Positions 9,364 through 19,205 of a DNA stretch of 64,000 bases are shown one piece after another. The DNA is from a virus (lineage: Duplodnaviria > Caudoviricetes). The notes below the pieces were generated by a model. It was not told the DNA's origin. It saw nothing but the letters and a program-made list of their open reading frames with translations, and searched no databases. The number at the start of each line of letters is the position of its first letter. Within the stretch, counting starts at the first letter, position 1. The position numbers and the translations under genes were made by a program. The stretch is from the IMG/VR virus record IMGVR_UViG_3300048762_000252, positions 64,001 through 128,000 of that record; one strand, written 5' to 3'.

Positions 9364-10281
9364 TTAGAAGTCTTTAATTTCGGAGAGTAGATTTTTCATC
9401 CTATTCTTAATCAAGTAACCATAAATCATTTCCCGGCTTCCGATTACCGGAATGTTGAATTCATCTAAAATGGCAGTTTCAACGGAGGCGGGAATTTCAT
9501 CCAAATCTATAAGTTTCTTGTTTCTATAGTAGTTAGACTTTGTGCTTTCATCTGGGCAGAAAGTTTCTATCGGCTGGCCGTACCAGACATTGACTTTGGC
9601 TTGATAGATGGATTTTTGTTTGATGTTATTGACCAAGGAGTCGTCGGCACTAAGAAAATTAGGGACGCCATCACCTTTATCACCATGTAGAATGTGCTCA
9701 AAGAGAAACTTAGCCGGGTCTGTGGTTATTAATAATTTGTCTTGCACTGGCCCATATTGATGGACATTTGAATATTTTTGAAGCTGTTCGAAGTCGTGAT
9801 CGCCTGATACAATCAGGATTCCTTCTTGTTCGTGATGATGTTTTGCAAGGACACCAATTACATCATCTGCTTCAGCACCAGGAACATCCATGACTTTATA
9901 CGGAAAGTTTTCTTTGATTTCTGTGCGAAGATCATTCAAGATACGGAACACGAGTGACCAGTCAATGCCAGAATCATCTCGATCCTTTTTACGATTGGCT
10001 TTGTAATATTTGAACGCAGACTTGCGCCAATAATTCACATTGTCTGTCGCTATGACAAGCCGTCCAAATCGTTTTCTGAATCCTTTGTTGATTCGTCTAA
10101 TAGAACTAAGTGCCATATGACGAAGCATAGGTGGGTTAACTTCGCCAACATCTTCGGAATATTCACCATCTTGCTCGGCAAGCCAACGACGTTCAACAAT
10201 TCTAGCAGGATCATTTTTGCTTTGTTTAAGCTGAACATGAAGAGATGCTACAAAAATTTGAGAAAAATCAACCAAAATCAT
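9364..10281 (-). CDS. rnh: T4-type RNase H (5'-3' exonuclease)
   Basis: MILVDFSQ, YWRK...YKANR, EADD, SGDHDFEQL, GDKGDGVPN. Confidence 0.95.
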   Translation of the reverse strand: MILVDFSQIFVASLHVQLKQSKNDPARIVERRWLAEQDGEYSEDVGEVNPPMLRHMALSSIRRINKGFRKRFGRLVIATDNVNYWRKSAFKYYKANRKKDRDDSGIDWSLVFRILNDLRTEIKENFPYKVMDVPGAEADDVIGVLAKHHHEQEGILIVSGDHDFEQLQKYSNVHQYGPVQDKLLITTDPAKFLFEHILHGDKGDGVPNFLSADDSLVNNIKQKSIYQAKVNVWYGQPIETFCPDESTKSNYYRNKKLIDLDEIPASVETAILDEFNIPVIGSREMIYGYLIKNRMKNLLSEIKDF

Positions 10282-10300
10282 AATTGCTCTATATACTTAC

Positions 10301-11128
10301 ATGATTATCTATACAATCACAAACACGGTTAATGGTAAAAAATATGTTGGGCAAACAATTTTTTCGTTGGAAAAGCGAATTGCTGCTCATAAAAACACGG
10401 CCAAAACCAAAAATTATCCATTATATCGAGCATTTAAAAAATATGGTCTTAATTTATTCTTAATCGAACAAATTGATGCTGCGATAACGAAAGAAAGTTT
10501 AGACGAAAAAGAAAAATTTTGGATAAAAGAATTTGATACAGTAGTTCCGAATGGATATAATGTGCAATCTGGTGGAGAAGGTGGCAGCATTCCAGGCACC
10601 ATGTCTGATAAAGGTCGTCGCCGAATTGGAGAAGCCGCCAGAAAACGAATGACAGGGCGGATTGTTTCCCGAGAAACACGAGAAAAATTACGCCAAAACG
10701 CTACTGGAATTGTATTTACAGAAGAACGTAAACATCGCATCAGTGAAGCAAACAAAGGTAAGTCCAGAAATAAAGGCCACATTATGTCCGAAAAAACAAA
10801 AGCAAAAATAAGTGCGGCGCATAAAGGCTTACCAATTTGGAATAAAGGAAAAACACTTGGTCCACTTTTAGAAAAAACAAAAGCTAAAATTAGTGCAGCT
10901 TTAAAAGGAAAATACAAAGGCAAACCAAGTCCACTCAAAGGACGAATAATTGGTCCATATTCAGAAGAAAGAAAGCAAAAAATGAGAGGCAAACCAAGTC
11001 CGCTCAGAGGGAGAAAATTTGGACCGCTTTCAGAAGAAAGAAAAGCTAAGATTAGTGCGGCTTTAGCTGGCAAAAACCGTGGTCCATATAAAACATCCAT
11101 CACAAAGCCATTATGTCACAAGTTCTAA
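10301..11128 (+). CDS. GIY-YIG homing endonuclease with NUMOD3 repeats
   Basis: IIYTITNTVNGKKYVGQT, PNGYN, repeated EKTKAKISAA. Confidence 0.9.
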   Translation: MIIYTITNTVNGKKYVGQTIFSLEKRIAAHKNTAKTKNYPLYRAFKKYGLNLFLIEQIDAAITKESLDEKEKFWIKEFDTVVPNGYNVQSGGEGGSIPGTMSDKGRRRIGEAARKRMTGRIVSRETREKLRQNATGIVFTEERKHRISEANKGKSRNKGHIMSEKTKAKISAAHKGLPIWNKGKTLGPLLEKTKAKISAALKGKYKGKPSPLKGRIIGPYSEERKQKMRGKPSPLRGRKFGPLSEERKAKISAALAGKNRGPYKTSITKPLCHKF

Positions 11129-11133
11129 TTTTG

Positions 11134-11331
11134 TCAATTCTTTTTTAGAAATGCTAACCAAGCGGAGAAAACAGGCCAAGCATTTTGAACATATAAGATT
11201 GTTCCCACCAATAGGAATGCATACACTAAAATTACGATGGGACCATATTTATTTTCTAAGTAAGCACCAATGATTCCACCAATGAAACCTGCAACCATTG
11301 TCATAAAAATTGTCATACTTCTCCCATCCAA
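11134..11331 (-). CDS. small membrane protein
   Basis: two hydrophobic segments. Confidence 0.5.
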   Translation of the reverse strand: MDGRSMTIFMTMVAGFIGGIIGAYLENKYGPIVILVYAFLLVGTILYVQNAWPVFSAWLAFLKKN

Positions 11332-11687
11332 CCATTACGACAGACAGCCTGTAGAGTACGCTTTGTTGGCGCTACAAAGGGCGTAGACGACACGTATACA
11401 TCTGAATCGAGTTTGGATACGTCTGCCCACGGTAAAGCAAATTTACGACCACAAGAACACTCATAAAATTGATCGCCACGCCGGTAATGCGGAGCTTTAT
11501 GGAAGGTGTGACAAAAGTAGACACCAAAATTTTCAATCACTTTTTCCCACTGCATTAATGGCTTCAATGGAAGTGTAGTTTTCGGTAATGATTCGTCTAG
11601 ATGTTCCGTGATGTGAGCAACTGCAAGTTCTCGCCCAAGAGTCATTTGATGAATAATCAAATAAGTTCGTGCCCACCGTTCTCTCAC
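11313..11687 (-). CDS. hypothetical protein with Cys/His motif
   Basis: FCHTFH...YECSCGRKFALPW. Confidence 0.55.
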   Translation of the reverse strand: MRERWARTYLIIHQMTLGRELAVAHITEHLDESLPKTTLPLKPLMQWEKVIENFGVYFCHTFHKAPHYRRGDQFYECSCGRKFALPWADVSKLDSDVYVSSTPFVAPTKRTLQAVCRNGWMGEV

Positions 11688-11789
11688 TTTCGCCGGGTAG
11701 TTTCACGGCGCACTAAGTGTGCATCATTATTAGAGCCGGTTTCCCATTTCTCTTCCCAAGTTTCTTCAAATAGTTCATCCATAGATGTA

Positions 11790-11818
11790 AGTATAGCAAG
11801 AAATATAAAGCATGTCAA
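11790..11818 (-). promoter_or_regulatory. sigma70-type promoter, leaderless start
   Basis: TTGACA-17-TATACT, ATG 7 nt downstream (11782) opening a 32-aa ORF. Confidence 0.8.
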
Positions 11819-11819
11819 G

Positions 11820-12620
11820 CTAGTGCAAGGTTCGTAAAATAATGGAATCCCGACTTAAACGTGGACTAATTTCTTGCGGCACGGCCCTTATAGAATCCCA
11901 ATATTTTTGCATTTCGGATGGAGTCTTTTCAATAAATTCGTTAATTTGAATTTTTGGTTTGCGAATGGTTTTCGTGGTGGATTGTTTTTCGTCGTAATTG
12001 AGAATTGTTGTACCTTTGGCTGAAAGACCGGCATCACTTTTGGCAACGTAGCAACCCAATTTTCGAACCTTGACATTATATACCCACAATTTTATAGCGC
12101 CAACCAACTCCGCTGGTTTTAAACTGAAGATCCCGGTTTCGTTGTCTTTTTCAAGAAATAACACTTTCTTCACAATTTGCCCTGGTGTTTTTTCTTTGCG
12201 CTTGCGACTGCCATTGTTGAATCTCCCTTTAGCGGCATCGTCGTGTTTCAACGCCTTAATGCCTTTGAAGAGAGCGAGAGTCAACTTCATTTGCGCCTTG
12301 TCATAGTTGGAATATGCTTCAATAAAAAACGTATCGCCAGCTAACGCAGCCTTTAGATCTTCACAGGTCTTGGCATACTGATGATTTAGGATTTTGATTT
12401 CTTTCGTAGAGAGCTTACAAAGCTGTGTGATAAGAGATGGCTCGAACGCCTTCAGCTTGCGGATGCGAATGCGTTCGAGCAAAGTGTCAACATGCATCAT
12501 TGCAAGAACTAAAAGTTCATTTTCCGCACGAAACGGTTCTTGCGGCTTCGGTTTAGATACTTTTTCATCGGTTACTATCATACTCGACTTTTGAAAACTG
12601 TCAAGCCAATTTAACATCAT
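11820..12620 (-). CDS. conserved T4-like phage hypothetical protein
   Basis: LWVYNVKVRKLGCY...KGTTI...KTIRKP. Confidence 0.7.
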   Translation of the reverse strand: MMLNWLDSFQKSSMIVTDEKVSKPKPQEPFRAENELLVLAMMHVDTLLERIRIRKLKAFEPSLITQLCKLSTKEIKILNHQYAKTCEDLKAALAGDTFFIEAYSNYDKAQMKLTLALFKGIKALKHDDAAKGRFNNGSRKRKEKTPGQIVKKVLFLEKDNETGIFSLKPAELVGAIKLWVYNVKVRKLGCYVAKSDAGLSAKGTTILNYDEKQSTTKTIRKPKIQINEFIEKTPSEMQKYWDSIRAVPQEISPRLSRDSIILRTLH

Positions 12621-13194
12621 TTAGCATTTGCATTATTTTGTCAGCATATAGATGGTACCGCCGATGAACATTATATACCCGTATTTTTTGTGTTGGAGTT
12701 TTATTTTTATATGGTCCTAATGTTAAGGCTCTTCCAACATAACGGATTCCGTCTTCGACGGTTTTGAACCGAGCTTTACCGGAATTCCATCCAAAAATAT
12801 TATTGTGGCGATGAACTCTTCCGCAACCAGATTCAATAAATGCAAAAGTAGGAAGAAGTTTCCAATCAATTTTGTTTGCGTCCGCAACCTGTACGAATAG
12901 TTTTGCGTACTTAGCTCCCGGTGAATTGTTCTGAATGAAGAAACGTCGGATCTTTTCAATACGCAGATCAACGTCTTCTGCTAAGATAGGTACTGTAATT
13001 TGTGCTTTTATTGCACAAATTGTTGCTGTCTCATAACAGATTGTTGCATTAAGAAAATGCGATAGGGAAGCGACCTCCTGTTCACAATTCCCGGCACAAA
13101 TTTCTTCTAAATCTTTATAAGCACTAGCGGTGATACTGCCATAAAACCCCATAAAAAACAGGAGTATTACTGCACGAAACATCGTTTGTGACAT
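12601..13194 (-). CDS. lysozyme-fold glucosaminidase-like cell-wall hydrolase with N-terminal hydrophobic segment
   Basis: IDWKLLP..AFIESGCG...NNIFGW; late promoter CTAAATA. Confidence 0.7.
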   Translation of the reverse strand: MSQTMFRAVILLFFMGFYGSITASAYKDLEEICAGNCEQEVASLSHFLNATICYETATICAIKAQITVPILAEDVDLRIEKIRRFFIQNNSPGAKYAKLFVQVADANKIDWKLLPTFAFIESGCGRVHRHNNIFGWNSGKARFKTVEDGIRYVGRALTLGPYKNKTPTQKIRVYNVHRRYHLYADKIMQMLNDVKLA

Positions 13195-13198
13195 AGTA

Positions 13199-13417
13199 TT
13201 ATTTAGCTGGCATGGAATTTTCTACGTTAAAATGGTTATATAACTTCTCCAGCGCAGCGCACAATTCTGTAAAATTTGTACGGGCGAGATACACATCATG
13301 CGCTAGGTGCTTTATGTCAAGCAACTCGTTATATGTGCCTGTAGATATGACAGGCGGAAAAGTATCAGTTATCATTATTTTCTTTCCGTGACTCTTACGG
13401 TCACTACAATACATCAA
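13199..13417 (-). CDS. hypothetical protein
   Basis: ORF tightly packed in the operon. Confidence 0.5.
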   Translation of the reverse strand: MMYCSDRKSHGKKIMITDTFPPVISTGTYNELLDIKHLAHDVYLARTNFTELCAALEKLYNHFNVENSMPAK

Positions 13418-13661
13418 TTATCCGATCTGTGCGAATGGTTCGCCATCCTTCGACATTCAGATCCCATAAGGTTATAAGATTCGGAGATGGCTTTTCAAGC
13501 TTCACCGTTTCTCCTTTCTTTTTTGGAAGCAAATCTTCTTTTAGTGTTCCTTGCAATACACGGACTTCATCATCTGCTTTGCGATATCTTATTTCTACTA
13601 TTCTACTATGCAGCATTGCCAACAAAGTGTCCCTATTGTAGCCAAGTGTTTCTGTACTCAT
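13404..13661 (-). CDS. SH3/WYL-like beta-barrel protein
   Basis: YRKADDEVR...GTL...WDL..EGWRTIR. Confidence 0.75.
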   Translation of the reverse strand: MSTETLGYNRDTLLAMLHSRIVEIRYRKADDEVRVLQGTLKEDLLPKKKGETVKLEKPSPNLITLWDLNVEGWRTIRTDRIIDVL

Positions 13662-13665
13662 GAGA

Positions 13666-14508
13666 TTATTGTCTCACGATTTTCAATTTCGTCAACTGGA
13701 CATCATATGTTATAGGCAATTCGTCATCGTCATCAGTTCTCTTTCCTGCATCAATTGGGATGTTTTTTGTAAACTTACCATTCGTTGAATCGTTTGTTCG
13801 GTTCACTTTCTGTTTGCCTGAAATAACGGTGTCTAGAAGAACCTTGATAGTACGAAACACTGTACGCTTTTCACCATTTGGTTCTAGCTGAAACCGAGTC
13901 GGCGTAGCGTGCATTGCAAAGCAATCGCCAAGCCAAATCTTACCTTCCAATCTAGTTGGTAATTCGTAAAAAATACCATTATTGCCGTTACGATCAGTCA
14001 CGTGGAATATTGTACCGCCCTTTGTGGCATCATGTTCTCCAACTTTAATAAGCTTTACGAAGAAGCGATCTTCCACATTAAGCGTGCCCATGTATTCATC
14101 GGGTTTGGTAATTTTGGCTTCGCTTTTCAATGGGTTTAAAGACTTTGGCTTTGCAGGTTTCAGCTTTGCATAAAGGGTGGGCATCGCCACCACATATGGA
14201 AATGTGAGAGGCGTCACTTCATCCGCTTTAACAGTTTTCACACATGTCTGATACATCGCTCCATCATCTGATGCACAAATTTTTTTGTAATCTGGAAGCG
14301 TGTCTAAAATGCGGAAAAATTCGATCATTTCATTTGCGAATTGCCAGAATTCTGGCTCCACATCGGGAAGCGGATTTGCTTTAAGTGTTGCTAAAACTTT
14401 TGTTATCGTATTGGTGGTAGCGTTTTTCGTCGGTGCAATGTAGCCGCCATCAGCATGAATCACATGCAATGTGGTCGCAACAACGGTTCGAAGAGGATGA
14501 TTACTCAT
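13666..14508 (-). CDS. hypothetical protein (possible OB-fold C-terminal half)
   Basis: 280-aa ORF coupled to neighbours. Confidence 0.65.
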   Translation of the reverse strand: MSNHPLRTVVATTLHVIHADGGYIAPTKNATTNTITKVLATLKANPLPDVEPEFWQFANEMIEFFRILDTLPDYKKICASDDGAMYQTCVKTVKADEVTPLTFPYVVAMPTLYAKLKPAKPKSLNPLKSEAKITKPDEYMGTLNVEDRFFVKLIKVGEHDATKGGTIFHVTDRNGNNGIFYELPTRLEGKIWLGDCFAMHATPTRFQLEPNGEKRTVFRTIKVLLDTVISGKQKVNRTNDSTNGKFTKNIPIDAGKRTDDDDELPITYDVQLTKLKIVRQ

Positions 14509-14930
14509 ATCGAAGTCTCTAAGTATGTGATTGCATGTCGTAGAATTGTGGGATTGTCCTTTACTAATCCTATCATAAGATTACAATTGCCACATAACAA
14601 TCCTCTAATTTTTCCAGTTTTGTGATTATGGTCAACACATAAACTTTTGTGTTCTGGTGCTTTTTCTGAACAGATAGCGCACCCGCAGTTTTGGCACATT
14701 AACATTTGTTGGTAATTGTTTTCCGTGATACCAAATTTCTTTTTAAGCAGATGCTTTCTATAAACAGCTTTGCCAGCATCAGATTTTCTATATGCTGTCC
14801 GTAGCTTTTTATCAACGACTGATGTTCTTTTACAAAATACACAATTACGATTACAGTTGTACCGCAAAGTGTTGCCGCACTTTTTGCAAGGTAAACCGTC
14901 GTATGTATTTTCATTATGCTGCTTCGACAT
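14505..14930 (-). CDS. endonuclease VII-type HNH nuclease, probably mobile
   Basis: CAIC...LCVDHNHKTGKIRGLLCGNCN; N-terminal Zn finger. Confidence 0.9.
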   Translation of the reverse strand: MSKQHNENTYDGLPCKKCGNTLRYNCNRNCVFCKRTSVVDKKLRTAYRKSDAGKAVYRKHLLKKKFGITENNYQQMLMCQNCGCAICSEKAPEHKSLCVDHNHKTGKIRGLLCGNCNLMIGLVKDNPTILRHAITYLETSI

Positions 14931-15004
14931 TATATTTCATTCTAGCACACCACCGCAAATTTAGCAATCTAAGGCATTGCCGCCCATGACGAGTGGGCCG
15001 ACCA

Positions 15005-15748
15005 TCATATGAATTTAATTTTTATGCTTCCATTATCCACTTCAATAACGTGGCGCAAATGGGTATCAATGCAATAGTTGATGCTGTCCGGTATTTGCTT
15101 ACATCGAACTTCTTTGCCGTAGCTATGCCCAACAATTTGGTTCAATCCATTGATGGGAATAAATTCAGTTGACCAATCCAACCAGTCCACGCCGCCCACA
15201 CGAGCGGGACCATCACGGCCCCGACCAGCAGCAAGCAAAGACGTGACCTGTTGACAATAACGGAGTTTCCACATTGCTTCTTCTTCAAGTGCGAGAAGCG
15301 ACTGTTTATCAAATCCCAAAAATGGATTGAGTAATGATGGATGAATGCCAGCGTGTGATATCAACCATTCCTTCGATTGCACATTACCAAGTTCTTCATC
15401 ATTGGCGGGCGTGCCGATCCAGTGCATGAGTTTGAACTTTTTCCAATGATCGTTGTCATTCAGATGTTGGCGAACAATTGCCAACTTGTTTTTATCAAAC
15501 CCACTGCACATCACACCATCGAATGGAAAGGCATAATGCATATCATGGTTGCCCCAAAGAAAAACGTACTTTGGGTTGCCGATATTCTCTGCTAACCATT
15601 TCACTGTTTCATGCGTCTGCCATGTAAGACCAGCCCATGAGTCGAACCAATCTCCGAGAAAAATTATTTGATCTGCATTCGGGTACTGTTTAAGAATACT
15701 TTTTAGCCGCACTATCTCTTCATGGACATCACTTACTATAAGAATCAT
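15005..15748 (-). CDS. calcineurin-like metallophosphoesterase
   Basis: DVH, GDWFD, GNHD, SHAG, GHS motifs. Confidence 0.9.
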   Translation of the reverse strand: MILIVSDVHEEIVRLKSILKQYPNADQIIFLGDWFDSWAGLTWQTHETVKWLAENIGNPKYVFLWGNHDMHYAFPFDGVMCSGFDKNKLAIVRQHLNDNDHWKKFKLMHWIGTPANDEELGNVQSKEWLISHAGIHPSLLNPFLGFDKQSLLALEEEAMWKLRYCQQVTSLLAAGRGRDGPARVGGVDWLDWSTEFIPINGLNQIVGHSYGKEVRCKQIPDSINYCIDTHLRHVIEVDNGSIKIKFI

Positions 15749-16141
15749 GATTCACTTAAATTTTCATCTTCTACCACAATTCGGGCATTTCACTTTCAGG
15801 ACGTTGTACACCGTCTTACATCGGCTGCAACGCCGATGCCAAATGGGTGGATGTGGACGTTCTATTTCAACATCCCCATCTGCTTCATCAAGCGGTTCAA
15901 CTTCTGTTTCTTCGATACTGCCGATCTCCACAAAGCATCTCTCTCGCATTCGAGCCTCTTTAAAACAGGAATTACTTCGTTTGACCACAGCCGGTATTCT
16001 TTGGCACGTCCAGCGTAATGCCCATGCCAAAAACCAAGAGCATAGCCCGCCAGCATGGGCAACGAGAGCCATGCATGGTCCAGAGCAAACTTTATTATAG
16101 CACAATTTGACAGATCCGGTATCATGTGTTAATATATCTAT

Positions 16142-16393
16142 ATGGGACGGATTTGGACTTGGCCACGCAAAGATTTATCAAAATTCGTTTATCAAGAAAT
16201 TGCTGACGAACTCAACCACGATTTTCACACAGTTCTACATGCCGATGCAACTGCGGTTGGGATTTCCATTGTGCCTGTTTGCCCATTAGATTTGCGACGA
16301 TTGGCTGCAAATATAGAAGCTTCTCGTGTGTTAGCAAAGAGACCAAAAATGACGGTAACAGTAACCGACTGTGGGATTATATGTATTCGGTAA
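16142..16393 (+). CDS. hypothetical protein
   Basis: TTGACA(16107)-17-TAATAT-6nt-ATG supports expression. Confidence 0.6.
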   Translation: MGRIWTWPRKDLSKFVYQEIADELNHDFHTVLHADATAVGISIVPVCPLDLRRLAANIEASRVLAKRPKMTVTVTDCGIICIR

Positions 16394-16550
16394 ATCTATA
16401 TATTGGAGAGGACATCTCCAATGACAGTAAAAGTCGTATTTAAAAACCCAAACGGAAAAACAGATTCCGGTCAATCATTTCTAGTAAGCAGGTTTGAAGC
16501 TCACAACACATTTTTGAGCTTTGCTACTATTTTCGGAACGCCGTGCTTTA

Positions 16551-17360
16551 TTACTTTTTAACTCCATGCTTCGGATATTTCCATTTGTACTTATACTGTT
16601 CTATCTCAGATGAACCAATATAATCCAAGAATGTCTGGACTGTAAGTGCCCTGGCACTTACAAGAACTGGCCCATCATTTACATTGAATTTTAATTGCGG
16701 ATCAATTTCTAATAATTTTATACGAAGCATTTCGACTTCATCTTTCGTAAAGCCATTTGTTGCAAAAGTCATTCGCACCTTATTGTTTTCTATCCATGAT
16801 GTAGAGCCATCACCATAAAACCAATGTATACAAGTTACCGGAGTTAAAGTAAGAGACTGTGGAATAATTTTTTTATCGAACGGGTACCAAAATGTCCGTA
16901 TTTTGTTAAGCGACAAATCTGTTGAAGTTCTGTAATGATAAGACGTTTGTCGATAAATTTGTCTATTCTGAAAGTATCCATTTCCGCCAGGGCGAACACG
17001 TATTTTTGCTTGAAATGGAAGAATTTTCTGTAATTGATCGCTATATTCTTTGACAATTGTTCCAACACTTAATGAATTTGTTTGTCTTTTTGATTGCTTT
17101 CCTATATAACCATCACCAAGCATAAGACCATTAATAATTTCTATCGCTGTTGAAGTTAATTCCGTCTGTCGCCGACACACTTTTCCTTGTTTCCGTAAAG
17201 GAATTTTCCATCGATGAAGAGCATTCCAAATACTTACATTACAAATAATGTGGTCTAAACGAGTTGCAATGCTTTGTCGAATCTCATCTAAACTATTACC
17301 TGAATTATAAAGATCGATAATAGTTTGTTTATAGTCACTACAGAATGCTTGTTGGTTCAC
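16551..17360 (-). CDS. LAGLIDADG homing endonuclease
   Basis: GLMLGDG and HWFYGDGS motifs; GTG start. Confidence 0.85.
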   Translation of the reverse strand: MNQQAFCSDYKQTIIDLYNSGNSLDEIRQSIATRLDHIICNVSIWNALHRWKIPLRKQGKVCRRQTELTSTAIEIINGLMLGDGYIGKQSKRQTNSLSVGTIVKEYSDQLQKILPFQAKIRVRPGGNGYFQNRQIYRQTSYHYRTSTDLSLNKIRTFWYPFDKKIIPQSLTLTPVTCIHWFYGDGSTSWIENNKVRMTFATNGFTKDEVEMLRIKLLEIDPQLKFNVNDGPVLVSARALTVQTFLDYIGSSEIEQYKYKWKYPKHGVKK

Positions 17361-17365
17361 ATCAA

Positions 17366-18451
17366 CTATTTAGACACCATTAATTTTTCAATTCTTGGTT
17401 TGAAGATTTTTTGATCATTTTTGTCCGTTAGAGCAACAGGTTGATTATTTTCATCCTTATCGAATCCTTTAATCTCAGCCCTACGGTTTTTGAACTTCCC
17501 AACTCGTAAAATATCTCCAACATTCAAATCAGGAAGTTTTAGTGTGTCTTCTGCCTCTTTAATTCCATGTTTTGGACAAGGACCACTACTTACCCTCCAG
17601 AGACATTTAGGGTTCTTACAATATTTTTCGGGATGCGCTTCTTTGTGTTTTCTAACGTCACCTTGAACATTTTCTTTCTGTAGACTATGTGCAAGATCTT
17701 TCATCGCATTGGATTTTCGACGCATTTCTTCATCATGTTTATCTTGTGCTACGCCTCGACAATTACTGCATACCCCATCTTTCAATTTTCGATTTTTATG
17801 ACATACATTACATTTTATGCTTTCGCTCAATTTTTCAGCCGCTTCAGCAAGTTTTTCATCATGAATACCAGCCAAATGAGAATCCAGTTCTTTGTGCCCT
17901 TCACCACTTTTGCTTACGGAGAGATCTGGATTATAATGCTCCCACTTATTATGTCCATTCCAATACGTGAGAACATGTCCGGTCGTTGGTTGTGCGTAAA
18001 TAGTGGTTTTTGAGTTTGACTTGCGGGACCGCACATAGCCATGTTTACGTGCTGCTGCACTTATTTGATATTGTTCAGCCGCTTCCATGAGCTTCTTTGC
18101 TTTTTTTGGATCAGTTAGGACTTCCGTTAAAGTTTCATCCAAAGATTTGCTGTATGCATTCTCAACTACCAAATCTCCAGTCTTGGAATTATAATGTTCT
18201 ACAGCTAGTGTCACAAGCGCCGAAAGAGACTCCATGCGTTGCGGATCTACCAGGACATTTGTAGACGATTTCTTGAGACCGCTTTTTACATCTTCGTTTA
18301 TACGTGCCTTAATTATATGAACTGTCGCATCTTTTCCATGTGTGTTGACGACCTCAGAAATATGTTTCAATATAGGTGCGATCCGGCCAGTAACAGATTG
18401 CGTCACAATACACTTTCCGGCTTTGTTATGGAGTTCGTAGAGAAAATTCAT
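17366..18451 (-). CDS. modular late protein, probable virion internal protein
   Basis: short His/Cys-rich modules separated by L/IxE sites; ATAAATA upstream. Confidence 0.55.
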   Translation of the reverse strand: MNFLYELHNKAGKCIVTQSVTGRIAPILKHISEVVNTHGKDATVHIIKARINEDVKSGLKKSSTNVLVDPQRMESLSALVTLAVEHYNSKTGDLVVENAYSKSLDETLTEVLTDPKKAKKLMEAAEQYQISAAARKHGYVRSRKSNSKTTIYAQPTTGHVLTYWNGHNKWEHYNPDLSVSKSGEGHKELDSHLAGIHDEKLAEAAEKLSESIKCNVCHKNRKLKDGVCSNCRGVAQDKHDEEMRRKSNAMKDLAHSLQKENVQGDVRKHKEAHPEKYCKNPKCLWRVSSGPCPKHGIKEAEDTLKLPDLNVGDILRVGKFKNRRAEIKGFDKDENNQPVALTDKNDQKIFKPRIEKLMVSK

Positions 18452-18882
18452 AATGGTTGGTCCTTATTTGTATTTATCTGAAAAAATTTTCCTAAAATGC
18501 TCTTATTATAATATTCAAAAGAACCATTTGGTAATTTGGCTCTAAGTACATTCCTTTTGAATTGCTCTTCGATTTCGGCATAAGTCACTTCTTTTTTGGT
18601 TGGATAAAAATTTAGAATTTCTCTTGTGAATTTGTCTTCGCCTAGTCTAGCAACATCATCCAAAAGAAATTCACTTGATCCAAAATATTTCTTCCAATTT
18701 GACTCTGCAATGATGACTTTACGATTTACTCTACCGGGCACTTTCTTTCTTCTGCGAGTCTGGACGTATTTTTTCCCCACATAGCGCATTCCTGTATCAT
18801 CATTTTTAATACAATACACAAAGCCTACGCAATTTTCTGGTATTTCTTCCACTTCTTTGTCATGATACATCCAAGGCTTCAT
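18448..18882 (-). CDS. GIY-YIG nuclease conserved in T4-like phages
   Basis: GFVYCI...YVGKK...ESNWKKYFGSS. Confidence 0.8.
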   Translation of the reverse strand: MKPWMYHDKEVEEIPENCVGFVYCIKNDDTGMRYVGKKYVQTRRRKKVPGRVNRKVIIAESNWKKYFGSSEFLLDDVARLGEDKFTREILNFYPTKKEVTYAEIEEQFKRNVLRAKLPNGSFEYYNKSILGKFFQINTNKDQPL

Positions 18883-18890
18883 GCCCATAT

Positions 18891-19082
18891 TTAGGCATAC
18901 CTTTCTTCATTCCTTTCGTCATCAGTATAATCCAAATCTCCATCATCATCTTCTTCGTCTATCTGTTCTAGATCTTCTGAACAAAAAGCACAGAAAGATG
19001 GTGTAGGCAAATCTTCTGTAAATTTGATATGATATTTTGCCCCACAGTAATTGCAGGACACATTTCTCCGCACATCCAGCAT
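18891..19082 (-). CDS. small Zn-ribbon protein with acidic tail
   Basis: CxxC...FCAFC, GGAG RBS. Confidence 0.7.
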   Translation of the reverse strand: MLDVRRNVSCNYCGAKYHIKFTEDLPTPSFCAFCSEDLEQIDEEDDDGDLDYTDDERNEERYA

Positions 19083-19205
19083 GTTTCTCTCCCAACCAGT
19101 TGGTTTAACTCAATTTAGCAAGAGAGATATTTTGACCTACTTCTAAACTGCCTGCCTTACAGCATGATAACCTTTTGTTTTATACACGAAGCGTCGGTTT
19201 GAACA

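Noticed and set aside
10790-11070. CRISPR-like or tandem DNA repeats
   Set aside because: They are coding NUMOD3-type repeats in a homing endonuclease; no constant repeat-spacer structure.
10414-11103. 229-aa hydrophobic minus-strand ORF (similarly 4068-4577 and 27616-28257)
   Set aside because: Antisense to Lys-rich endonuclease genes; no expression signals.
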